64,000 nucleotides of DNA from an uncultured Candidatus Saccharibacteria bacterium (GTDB lineage: Bacteria > Patescibacteriota > Saccharimonadia > Saccharimonadales > CAYZZS01). This document shows, piece after piece, positions 43,047 through 51,754 of this stretch. Where the stretch lies: NCBI GenBank assembly GCA_964620175.1, contig CAZUIL010000003.1, forward strand, positions 4,281-68,280. The letters run 5' to 3'. Every line of letters starts with the position of its first letter. The first letter of the stretch is position 1. Below the pieces are notes generated by a model. It did no database searches and was not told the origin of the DNA. It worked only from the letters and a program-made list of their open reading frames with translations. A program made the translations under genes and the position numbers.

Positions 43047-43202
43047 CCGGCGAAAGGCCTGGCGATTAGTGCCCAGCGTAGTGCTGCCGATGCCAGGGAT
43101 TGGCGTCGGTTATTTATTCGGCATTGGCGAGCCCACAGGTTCTTGACAGGATTCATTCAGCAATTAGTGTACAATACAATCGAGAAGTAAAGGAGGTCTG
43201 CT

Positions 43203-43730
43203 ATGGCGGATTTTGACGCGCTATTCGATTTCGGTAAGAAAGATGAGTTCATCAATACGGTTTGTGAGATACCTAAGGGCTCAATGCTGAAGATCGAGTA
43301 TGACCGCGAAAAGAAAGTATTTCTGCTCGATCGGGTTGAGCCAGGTATTTTTGCGAAGCCGGTGAACTATGGGTTTATACCCCGGACGCTCGATGAGGAC
43401 GGCGATGCGCTGGATACGCTGATACTAACGGATGAGCCATTGCCAACGGGCGTAGCGCTAACCGCCCGTGTCGTCGGCATACTCAACTTTGAAGACGGCG
43501 GCGAAAATGACCACAAGGTGGTGTGCGTGCCGACCGATGACAGGCATTGGGGAAACGATATCAAGGACCTGGATGACATCGCAGACAGCTGGATTAAGCA
43601 AATTGAGCACCATTTCAGCCACTACAAAGACCTCAAAAAGCCTGGTACGACGAAGGTATTGGGATGGGGGAAAGCCAGTGAAGCCTGGAAGGTAATCGAG
43701 GCATGTGCCAAAGAGTACGCTAAAGCGTAA
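43203..43730 (+). CDS. ppa: inorganic pyrophosphatase (family I)
   Basis: 175 aa: EIPKGS..K.EYD, YGFIPRTLDEDGDALD. AAGGAGG Shine-Dalgarno upstream. Confidence 0.9.
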   Translation: MADFDALFDFGKKDEFINTVCEIPKGSMLKIEYDREKKVFLLDRVEPGIFAKPVNYGFIPRTLDEDGDALDTLILTDEPLPTGVALTARVVGILNFEDGGENDHKVVCVPTDDRHWGNDIKDLDDIADSWIKQIEHHFSHYKDLKKPGTTKVLGWGKASEAWKVIEACAKEYAKA

Positions 43731-43795
43731 GGCGCCTTGAGCTTGCAAGCATTAGCATATACAATAAGGCTAAAGCTAAACAAAGGGTAGGCAGA

Positions 43796-44878
43796 GTGAA
43801 AACGCGGGTTGCCATCAACGGATTCGGACGTATCGGCCGCAGCGCCTTTAAAGTCGCATTCGAGCGTACGGACCTTGAAATAGTTGCGATTAATGATTTA
43901 GCCGATACCAAAACACTGGCGCACCTTTTAAAGCATGACAGTAATTACGGAGCATACCGCTATCCGGTCGGCTTTGATGAAAACGGCATTACTGTCAATG
44001 GTACGCACATCAATGTGCTGGCAGAAAAGGATCCGGCGGCACTGCCCTGGAAAGACCTGGATATAGACGTTGTGATTGAATCGACAGGCCTCTTCGTGGA
44101 TCCCGCAAAAGCCAAGGCGCACTTGACTGCGGGAGCAAAACGAGTAGTTCTTTCGGCTCCGGCGAAAGGAGAAGGCGCGACAACAGTCGTCCTCGGTGTA
44201 AATGACGATGCGTTGCAAGGGGGAGATGAAGTTATCAGCAACGCGTCTTGTACGACCAACTGCATCACGCCAGTTGCCGCAGTGGTAGAGACGACGTTTG
44301 GCATTGACAAGGCAATGATGACGACAGTGCACAGCTACACAGCGAGCCAACGCCTCCAGGATGCCCCTGCCAAAGACCTCCGGGAGGCACGGAATGCGGC
44401 CGAGAATATCGTCCCGACTACCACCGGTGCTTCTATTGCCGCCGCCAAGGCCTTGCCGGCGCTGGAGGGAATATTCGGTGGTATGAGCGTCAGAGTGCCC
44501 ACACCGGTGGTATCGCTCAGCGATTTTGTTTTCATTACCAAGCGCCCGGTAACGGTTGAAGAAGTCAATGAGGCGTTTAAAGCGGCTGCCAAAGAGCCGT
44601 ATTACCAAGGCATACTCGCCGTAACCGAAGAAGAGCTCGTGTCGAGTGATTTTATCGGCAACAGCCACTCGGCGATTGTTGACCTGAAACTGACCGCCGT
44701 AGTAGGCGGCACTATGTTGAAAGTTGTCGCTTGGTACGATAATGAATGGGGGTACAGCAATCGTCTGGTTGAGGTAGTATCGGATGTTGGCCGCTTGCTC
44801 CAGCGCCAGGTACCAGAACCGCCGTCTGCCCAAATCAACAGCGAGCAGGAGCAGCCAACCCCGCAAGCAATCGCATGA
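43796..44878 (+). CDS. gap: glyceraldehyde-3-phosphate dehydrogenase (type I)
   Basis: INGFGRIGR, active site SNASCTTNC, WYDNEWGYS. GTG start. About 25-aa Pro/Gln-rich C-terminal tail. Confidence 0.95.
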   Translation: MKTRVAINGFGRIGRSAFKVAFERTDLEIVAINDLADTKTLAHLLKHDSNYGAYRYPVGFDENGITVNGTHINVLAEKDPAALPWKDLDIDVVIESTGLFVDPAKAKAHLTAGAKRVVLSAPAKGEGATTVVLGVNDDALQGGDEVISNASCTTNCITPVAAVVETTFGIDKAMMTTVHSYTASQRLQDAPAKDLREARNAAENIVPTTTGASIAAAKALPALEGIFGGMSVRVPTPVVSLSDFVFITKRPVTVEEVNEAFKAAAKEPYYQGILAVTEEELVSSDFIGNSHSAIVDLKLTAVVGGTMLKVVAWYDNEWGYSNRLVEVVSDVGRLLQRQVPEPPSAQINSEQEQPTPQAIA

Positions 44879-45321
44879 AGATCTATATAGGCGCCGACCA
44901 TAACGGTTTCCAGCTGAAAGCCGAGCTCATCGAATACCTCAACAAGCTTAAATATGAAGTTATTGACGTCGGCAATCAGATTTACGACCCGGATGACGAT
45001 TTCCCGCAATTTGCCGCCCGGCTGGTAAGCGAGCTGCTCGCCAGTGATGATCTTGATTCGAAGGGAATCTTAATTTGCGGCAGCGGCCAAGGGGTTTGTA
45101 TGGCGGCGAATCGTTTCAAAGGAATCCGCGCCGGAGTCGTTTGGGATATTTACGAGGCACGGGCAGTTCGCAATGACGATGACAGCAACGTGCTTTGCCT
45201 TCCAGCCCGCTCGCTAAAGAAAAACGAAGCGAAGCGGATTGTCGACACCTGGCTCAATACCAATTTTGAGCGTGCCGCCCGGTTCGTACGGCGGATAAGG
45301 CAAATGGACGAGCTAGGGTAG
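44875..45321 (+). CDS. rpiB: ribose-5-phosphate isomerase B
   Basis: MKIYIGADHNGFQLK..., CGSGQGVCMAANR. ATGA overlap with gap. Confidence 0.9.
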   Translation: MKIYIGADHNGFQLKAELIEYLNKLKYEVIDVGNQIYDPDDDFPQFAARLVSELLASDDLDSKGILICGSGQGVCMAANRFKGIRAGVVWDIYEARAVRNDDDSNVLCLPARSLKKNEAKRIVDTWLNTNFERAARFVRRIRQMDELG

Positions 45322-45326
45322 CGGCC

Positions 45327-45959
45327 ATGGCGGCCATTTGTCCTACGGTCACGGCATACGACCGGAAAACGTTTGCGGAGCAGGTTGCAAAGCTGACGCC
45401 TTTTGCCCAGCGGATCCATCTCGATTTTATGGAGCGAAGCTTTACCGGCGTGGATTCCCCAAAACCGAATGAGGTAATGGCACCTGCCGGCGTAGCGTTT
45501 GACATCCATTTGATGTATAAACAGCCACTCGATTATATCGAGGCGGTCACGGCACTGCGGCCTGGGCTGGTAATAGTGCATGCTGAGGCAGAGGGCAATT
45601 TCATAACTTTTGCCGACGCCATGCATCGCGCTGGCATAAAGGCCGGCGTAGCGCTTCTGCAAAAGACCCCGGTTGGCATTATCCGGCCGGCATTGGAAGC
45701 TATCGACCACGTGCTGATTTTTTCGGGTAAGCTGGGTCACCATGGCGGCCTGGCGGATCTCGCATTGCTGGATAAGGTGAAAGAGATTCGGCAGGTAAAG
45801 CCAGCTGTCGAAATCGGTTGGGATGGTGGCGTTAACGCAAGCGTCGTGAAGGAATTATCAGCCGCTGGCGTGGATGTTTTGAACGTAGGCGGCGCAATCC
45901 AGGAGTCATCAGACCCAGGCGCGGCATATGGTAAACTAAAGGCATTAGCGGAATCTTGA
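45327..45959 (+). CDS. rpe: ribulose-phosphate 3-epimerase-like TIM-barrel protein (divergent)
   Basis: IHLDFME, DIHLMY, VHAEA, IGWDGGV fit the Rpe scaffold. The usual PGFGGQ loop reads SGKLGHHGG. Confidence 0.6.
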   Translation: MAAICPTVTAYDRKTFAEQVAKLTPFAQRIHLDFMERSFTGVDSPKPNEVMAPAGVAFDIHLMYKQPLDYIEAVTALRPGLVIVHAEAEGNFITFADAMHRAGIKAGVALLQKTPVGIIRPALEAIDHVLIFSGKLGHHGGLADLALLDKVKEIRQVKPAVEIGWDGGVNASVVKELSAAGVDVLNVGGAIQESSDPGAAYGKLKALAES

Positions 45960-45960
45960 T

Positions 45961-46818
45961 ATGACACAAAAACTGACTTTAGAAGAGTTAGAGCTCAAGG
46001 CTAATGCCATCCGGCAGGATATCATCCGTATGCTAGAGCATGCTGGCAGTGGCCATAGCGCGGGACCGCTCGGTTTAGCAGATATCTTTACAGCGCTTTA
46101 CTTCGATATCTTAAAACACAATCCTAAAAAACCTGAATGGGAAGAACGCGATATCCTTCTGCTGAGCAATGGCCATTGTGTCCCAGTGCAATATGCGGCT
46201 ATGGCGCATGCCGGTTATTTTGATAGGAAGGAGTTATTGACTCTTAGGCAATTTGGTTCACGGCTCCAAGGCCATCCGGAACGCTTGAAGCTGCCTGGAC
46301 TCGAAAACACCAGCGGACCTTTGGGGTGTGGGTTGAGCCAAGCCGCCGGCATGGGGCTTGCCATGCGGATGAATAAGGATATGCATCGCTGGATCTATGT
46401 CGTTATGGGAGACGGGGAGCTTAACGAGGGCAATATATGGGAGGCAGCGATGCTGGTAGCAAAGTACAAGCTTACCAATGTCATTGGCATCATCGACCGC
46501 AATAACATCCAAATTGACGGCCCGACTGAAAAGGTCATGCCCCTCGAGGAATTGCGCGATAAATGGGAAGCCTTTGGCTGGCATGTCATCGAGATTGACG
46601 GCAATAACGTTGAGGCGGTAATTGACGCATGCGCTATGGCCAGGGCAATCGTCGAGCAGCCGGTGATGATAATTGCACATACGGTGCCAGGTAAAGGCGT
46701 ACAGTTCATGGAGTATGATTTCCATTGGCACGGCGCGCCGCCTAACCACGAGCAGGCGGCCAAGGCATTGAAAGAACTGAGAACGCTGCAAGGTAAAATC
46801 AGGAGCGAGCATGAGTAG
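45961..46818 (+). CDS. tkt: transketolase, N-terminal (TPP-binding) subunit
   Basis: GHSAGPLGLADI..., GDGELNEGNIWEA. Split-gene form. Confidence 0.9.
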   Translation: MTQKLTLEELELKANAIRQDIIRMLEHAGSGHSAGPLGLADIFTALYFDILKHNPKKPEWEERDILLLSNGHCVPVQYAAMAHAGYFDRKELLTLRQFGSRLQGHPERLKLPGLENTSGPLGCGLSQAAGMGLAMRMNKDMHRWIYVVMGDGELNEGNIWEAAMLVAKYKLTNVIGIIDRNNIQIDGPTEKVMPLEELRDKWEAFGWHVIEIDGNNVEAVIDACAMARAIVEQPVMIIAHTVPGKGVQFMEYDFHWHGAPPNHEQAAKALKELRTLQGKIRSEHE

Positions 46819-47812
46819 CGAAGGATTTCTTATCAAGGATTATCTGAGCGATGGTATTGAGAAGGAGCCAACGCGAAAAGGGTTTGGCCGTGGGCTGCTT
46901 GCGGCCGGCAAAAAATTTGATAACGTCGTCGCAGCGTGTGCGGATCTAACTGAAAGCACGCAGATGCATCTCTTCGCTCAGGAGTACCCGGAACGCTTCG
47001 TTGAAGTGGGGGTAGCGGAGCAGAATCTGGTGACGGTCGGATCTGGGTTGGCGGCAATGGGTAAGATTCCGTTCGTGTCCAGCTACGCTGCTTTCAGTCC
47101 TGGCCGCAACTGGGAGCAAATTCGAACCACCATTTCCCTTAATGAACAGCCGGTAAAGATTATTGGCTCCCATGCGGGCGTATCGGTAGGACCCGACGGC
47201 GCAACCCATCAAATGCTGGAGGACATTGCGCTTATGAGGGTGTTGCCTAATATGGTCGTGCTGGCTCCGGGGGATAGCCGGGAAGCTGAGCGTGCGACGC
47301 TGGCGCTGGCTGCTGACAAGCGCCCAGGCTATATGCGGTTGGCGCGAGAGGCAACTGCGGTATTTACGAGTGAAAGCGCTGCGTTCCAGATCGGCAAAGC
47401 TTACACGTTAGTAGAGGGGACGGACATAACAGTGGTTGCAACCGGCACAATGACGTATCAGGCGCTCATAGCGGCGGAAAAGCTGTTTAAGGAGGGGATT
47501 GATTTGGAGGTTATCCACTGTCCTACCGTCAAACCGCTTGACACGAAAACCATACTAAGAAGCGTACGCAAAACGAGCGCGGTCATTACGGCCGAGGAAG
47601 GGCAGGCGGCAGGCGGGCTGGGTGGTGCGGTCGCTGAACTTATCAGCGAAGAAGTTCCCCGTCCCATGCGGCGCGTGGGAGTGAAGGACCGTTTTGGCGA
47701 GTCTGGCAAGCCGGAGGAGTTACTTGAGCACTTCGGACTGACGGCACGGCATATAATGTACGCGGCTCACGATGTGATGCAGCAGGCTGAAAAATTGCCC
47801 AAAAAAGCATAA
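46811..47812 (+). CDS. tkt: transketolase, C-terminal (pyrimidine-binding) subunit
   Basis: FVEVGVAEQNLV..., GPDGATHQMLEDIALMR. 8-nt overlap with the N-terminal subunit gene. Confidence 0.9.
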   Translation: MSSEGFLIKDYLSDGIEKEPTRKGFGRGLLAAGKKFDNVVAACADLTESTQMHLFAQEYPERFVEVGVAEQNLVTVGSGLAAMGKIPFVSSYAAFSPGRNWEQIRTTISLNEQPVKIIGSHAGVSVGPDGATHQMLEDIALMRVLPNMVVLAPGDSREAERATLALAADKRPGYMRLAREATAVFTSESAAFQIGKAYTLVEGTDITVVATGTMTYQALIAAEKLFKEGIDLEVIHCPTVKPLDTKTILRSVRKTSAVITAEEGQAAGGLGGAVAELISEEVPRPMRRVGVKDRFGESGKPEELLEHFGLTARHIMYAAHDVMQQAEKLPKKA

Positions 47813-47829
47813 CCTTTTACAATGTTGCT

Positions 47830-48741
47830 ATGTCGTTAACCCTAAGACACATACGTGAAAATTGTAAAAGGGCCCGTGAGGCGATGCAAAGAGCGCGCAA
47901 TGAGCACTTTGCCTTGGGCGCGTTTAACCTTGATAACCAGGAAACGCTTATCGCGGTTGCCAGGGCAGCGAAAGCGAAGCAGGCGCCGGTGTTGGTAGAA
48001 GTCAGCAAAAGCGAAGTGGAAATGCTCGGCATTGAGAACGTTCGAGATATGGTGGACAACTACATCCAGGAATATGGCATAGAAATGTATGTCAATCTCG
48101 ACCACAGTCCCAGTGTCGCTGAAGCGATCGAGGGCATAGAAGCTGGCTTTGAATTTATTCATATAGATGTATCCCAAGCGAACCATGACGCCAGTGAGGA
48201 AGAAATTATCGCAAAGACCAAAGAGGTAGTTGAAGCCGCTAAGCTGACTGGGGCGCTAGTGGAAAGCGAACCGCATTATTTCGGAGGCAGCTCCAACCTC
48301 CATACCGAACAAATCAATTATGATGAGATACGCAAGACCTTTAGCACGCCGGAAGGCGCCAAACAGTTCGTTGAGGCGACCGGCATAGATACGTTTGCGG
48401 CTGCTATTGGCAATTTGCACGGCCAGTATCCGGTGCCCAAAATGCTGGATATGGAGTTGCTAAAGAGCATCCGTGAAGCGATTGACTGCAACATCAGTCT
48501 CCACGGTGGCAGCGGTACGCCGGAACACTATTTCAGGGAGGCGGTAAAGATTGGGGTGTCCAAAGTAAATATTAACTCTGACATGCGGGTAGCCTACAGG
48601 AAAACGCTGGAGCGGGTGCTGGATGAAAATCCTACGGAGTACGCAGTTATAAAATTAATGGATGAAGTAGTAGACGCTGTCCAGGCTGTCGTTGAAAATA
48701 AGATAGAGATGTTTAACGCCGCCGGTAAGGCAAAAGTGTAA
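47830..48741 (+). CDS. fba: class II fructose-bisphosphate aldolase family protein
   Basis: NLDHS..., HIDVS, LHGGSGTP, INSDMR motifs. Confidence 0.85.
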   Translation: MSLTLRHIRENCKRAREAMQRARNEHFALGAFNLDNQETLIAVARAAKAKQAPVLVEVSKSEVEMLGIENVRDMVDNYIQEYGIEMYVNLDHSPSVAEAIEGIEAGFEFIHIDVSQANHDASEEEIIAKTKEVVEAAKLTGALVESEPHYFGGSSNLHTEQINYDEIRKTFSTPEGAKQFVEATGIDTFAAAIGNLHGQYPVPKMLDMELLKSIREAIDCNISLHGGSGTPEHYFREAVKIGVSKVNINSDMRVAYRKTLERVLDENPTEYAVIKLMDEVVDAVQAVVENKIEMFNAAGKAKV

Positions 48742-48810
48742 CTATTTGCCTTTCAATGGTCGGCGTGGCACAATGGTTGTAGCATAAGCATGTAAAAGAA
48801 AGATGGTGGG

Positions 48811-49812
48811 ATGGCAAAAATTGACGTGCTGGCTGTAGGGGACATCGTTACCGATGCATTTATCAAACTCGTCGATGACCAGGCGGTGGCGTTTGAAAAC
48901 GAGGGAGGCAAATGGTTGGCAATGCCATTTGCTACCAAGATTCCCTTTGACTTTGTGGAAGTTGTTGATGGAGTCGGTAACGCGTCAAATGCAGCTGTTT
49001 GCCTTGCTCGGCTTGGCTTTAATAGCGGGTTGGTTACAAACGTCGGCGGTGACCAAAATGGCCGTGATATGATCACCGCTTTGCACGCCAATAATGTCGA
49101 TACCCGCTTCGTAAAAATCAACCCTGACAAAAAGAGCAATTACCATTATGTGCTGTGGTACAAAGACGAGCGGACTATCCTGATAAAGCATGAAGAGTAC
49201 ATGTACCATTGGCCGCAGCTCAGGCCCGATGAAATACCGGAGTGGATCTACTTTAGCTCAGTCAGTAAGAATGCGCTTGGCTTCCATGATGATTTAGCAG
49301 ACTGGCTGGAGGCAAACCCACAGATCAAGTTGGCTTTTCAGCCTGGAACGTTCCAAATGGAAGCTGGCGCTGAAAGGCTAAAGCGTATTTACCAGCGGTC
49401 ACAGGTTGTTGTCCTAAACCGCGAGGAAGCGGTAAAAGTCGGCGGCGGTAATCATGGAGATATTCATGATTTATTCGACAAAATGCATGCTTTAGGGCCA
49501 CAAATAGTCGTGATCACTGATGGTCCTGCAGGCGCGTATGCCAGTGACGGGCAAAACCGGTTTAAAATGCCGCTTTATCCCGACCCTAAACCGCCGTACG
49601 ACAGAACCGGCGCCGGTGATGCCTTTGCGTCAACTTTTGTAGCGGCCATTATGAAGGGCGCTAATATTGAAGGTGCATTGCAGTGGGCACCGATTAACTC
49701 AATGAACGTAGTGCAGCATGCGGGAGCGCAAAAAGGCCTGCTGACCGAACAGCAACTTGGCGATTACTTACGTCAGGCTCCTCATTGGTACCGGCCAGAA
49801 CGCTTGCCGTAG
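48811..49812 (+). CDS. PfkB-family carbohydrate/nucleoside kinase
   Basis: N-terminal VGDIVTD and the C-terminal DRTGAGDAFASTF anion-hole motif. Confidence 0.8.
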   Translation: MAKIDVLAVGDIVTDAFIKLVDDQAVAFENEGGKWLAMPFATKIPFDFVEVVDGVGNASNAAVCLARLGFNSGLVTNVGGDQNGRDMITALHANNVDTRFVKINPDKKSNYHYVLWYKDERTILIKHEEYMYHWPQLRPDEIPEWIYFSSVSKNALGFHDDLADWLEANPQIKLAFQPGTFQMEAGAERLKRIYQRSQVVVLNREEAVKVGGGNHGDIHDLFDKMHALGPQIVVITDGPAGAYASDGQNRFKMPLYPDPKPPYDRTGAGDAFASTFVAAIMKGANIEGALQWAPINSMNVVQHAGAQKGLLTEQQLGDYLRQAPHWYRPERLP

Positions 49813-49869
49813 GCTTGGGCAAGCATAACCTTTACTGGGCTGCCTCTCCTGTGGTAACCTGAAGCTAAT

Positions 49870-51129
49870 ATGTGCCGTATGTTATCCGAACTATTGGGGG
49901 CTAGTGAGCCAGTGTTCAGCGTAGCGTTGCGGCACCTGGAACAACAGACCGGACGCCACGCGGTTGATATCCGGTTGAGCTCAGACATTAACTCCAGGGT
50001 GCGGCTAAAGGTCGGACAGCTGTTGCCGTATAACACCAATCCGACACCGCTCGAAGTGTACGCTGCACTGCTGCATAAAGTTGGTGAGCACGATAAGACA
50101 CTGGTCAGGGCCTTGGGTGGGGCGGATCCATTAGATGCGGATGATGTGCTGCGCCGGGTTGTCAAGGCCGCGCAATCGGCAGGCATCAAGAAGGAATGCT
50201 GGGCGCTCAAGACAAACGCCGCGAAGCAGCTGCTGCGCAAGCAGCCTCCTAAGCGGACCATGAAACTCTTAGGCTATAAGTCACTGGATTCGATGCTGAA
50301 GCGCGAACAGTTAAGCCGGCTGTTCGCAGCGGTCAGGCTGGCAGAGAGCCCGAAATGGCTGGCAACTTTTGAAGGCCAGTACGAGGCGCTACAACCTTCT
50401 GATTTTGAAACGAGGGAAATAGAAATCGTGGCCGCAAATGACAAAAAGTGGCAGAGAATCGGCGAGCTGTTTGTAGCGATGAACCGCCACAGCCTTATTG
50501 TCGTCAAGGAGCTCGGAACAATTGTTGTATTGCCTCTCCCTGTAAAGCGAATGCAGGGAGTAGCCATCACCTTGCTACCGCAAATCATCCACCACATCGA
50601 TGAGTTAAGGACGTACGCGACGTATCTCAAGCTACGGCAAACAAGGCCGGACTTCGGCAGAAGCCTTGGGCGAGCGCTGTTCCAGCGGGAGTTGCCTGGC
50701 GCGCACATAGCTGACCACGACATCGAATGGCCGGTGTTGCACCGCTATTTTGCCGCCAATGGACGTTGTCCTGGCGTGCTGGAGCCGCACATTCAGCCCG
50801 AAGACCTGTCGTGGCGGCATGCCGGTCGGGTGCTGGCTGATTGGGTTCCTGACTGCATGTTCTGGCATGACCTTGATTACGTCGGCATGGCCGATGGAAG
50901 GGGCGGTGTCATCTCGTTTAACCTGGCTGATGCGGCCATTAATTATTGCAATAAGCTGCCTATGAACCGCCAGGCCAATTACCATATGCGCGATGCACTC
51001 TGGAATGAAATCCTCACGCGTTACGTTGGGTTGGAGTATGTCGAGCGCCAAGTGCTGGACCAGCTGAACAGCGGCGCCGGCTTTTTGGAAGGTGCCGCCC
51101 ATGGACCGTTGGTAATGGAGATCGCGTAA
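49870..51129 (+). CDS. hypothetical protein (419 aa)
   Basis: Long ORF with coding-like composition. TAATG coupling to the downstream LOG-like gene. No family recognised. Confidence 0.6.
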   Translation: MCRMLSELLGASEPVFSVALRHLEQQTGRHAVDIRLSSDINSRVRLKVGQLLPYNTNPTPLEVYAALLHKVGEHDKTLVRALGGADPLDADDVLRRVVKAAQSAGIKKECWALKTNAAKQLLRKQPPKRTMKLLGYKSLDSMLKREQLSRLFAAVRLAESPKWLATFEGQYEALQPSDFETREIEIVAANDKKWQRIGELFVAMNRHSLIVVKELGTIVVLPLPVKRMQGVAITLLPQIIHHIDELRTYATYLKLRQTRPDFGRSLGRALFQRELPGAHIADHDIEWPVLHRYFAANGRCPGVLEPHIQPEDLSWRHAGRVLADWVPDCMFWHDLDYVGMADGRGGVISFNLADAAINYCNKLPMNRQANYHMRDALWNEILTRYVGLEYVERQVLDQLNSGAGFLEGAAHGPLVMEIA

Positions 51130-51698
51130 TGTACCAGATCTGTGTTTCCGGAGCAGCCAAGGGGCAGAGCGTGGAAGAAGGCAGGCAGCTAGCGGAGTCA
51201 TTGGGCACAGCTGTCGCTAAAGGCGGGCATGCCTTATTGACTGGCGCAACCGTCGGCCTGCCCAATTACGCCGCTGAAGCCTACAAAAAGGCCGGCGGCA
51301 AGATGAGCCTGGGTGTTAGCCCTGCCTCAAGCAAAATTGAGCATGTCATTAAGTATCGCCTGCCGACAAAAGCCTACGATGCTATCCTGTACACCGGCCT
51401 TCGTTACGTTGGCCGCGACACCCTGCTGATTAGTTCCGCTGACGCTGTCGTAAGCGTTGGTGGCCGCATCGGTACGCTTCATGAATTTACCATTGCTATG
51501 GAACTTGAGACACCGATAGGCTTTTTGCAAGGCGCTGGCGGTATCAGCAATGAGATAATGGACATACTGCATGCCGCTGGCGAAAGCCGTGCTTCCAACG
51601 TTTTCTTTAGCGAAGCAGCTGACGAACTGGTTCGGCAAGTCGTTGAACGGCTCGATAAAGAACGTAAGCAGTACCTCCATTTGTACGGCCGGCACTGA
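51129..51698 (+). CDS. TIGR00725/LOG-like (SLOG superfamily) protein
   Basis: ICVSGAAKG N-terminus and SVGGRIGTLHEF, a variant of the LOG PGGxGTxxE motif. Confidence 0.6.
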   Translation: MYQICVSGAAKGQSVEEGRQLAESLGTAVAKGGHALLTGATVGLPNYAAEAYKKAGGKMSLGVSPASSKIEHVIKYRLPTKAYDAILYTGLRYVGRDTLLISSADAVVSVGGRIGTLHEFTIAMELETPIGFLQGAGGISNEIMDILHAAGESRASNVFFSEAADELVRQVVERLDKERKQYLHLYGRH

Positions 51699-51719
51699 GT
51701 ATCCTTCGGCCGTTTCCTT
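51685..51719 (+). terminator. possible terminator overlapping the LOG-like stop codon
   Basis: ACGGCCG (51685-51691) / CGGCCGT (51707-51713), 15-nt loop, then TTCCTTA (weak T-tract). Confidence 0.35.
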
Positions 51720-51754
51720 AAGAATAGCGGATCTGCTACAGTTAACTATTGCCT

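Noticed and set aside
42439-43146. 235-aa ORF antisense to the glycerophosphodiesterase gene.
   Set aside because: The minus-strand frame carries clear GDPD motifs (HRGAAG..., EIEVDVH). The plus-frame product is Ser/Arg/Ala-rich with no recognisable features.
43928-44866. 312-aa ORF antisense to almost the whole gap gene.
   Set aside because: The plus-strand frame encodes unmistakable GAPDH motifs (INGFGRIGR, SNASCTTNC). The antisense product is Arg/Cys/His-rich nonsense with no Shine-Dalgarno or promoter. Long antisense ORFs are an expected by-product of codon bias.
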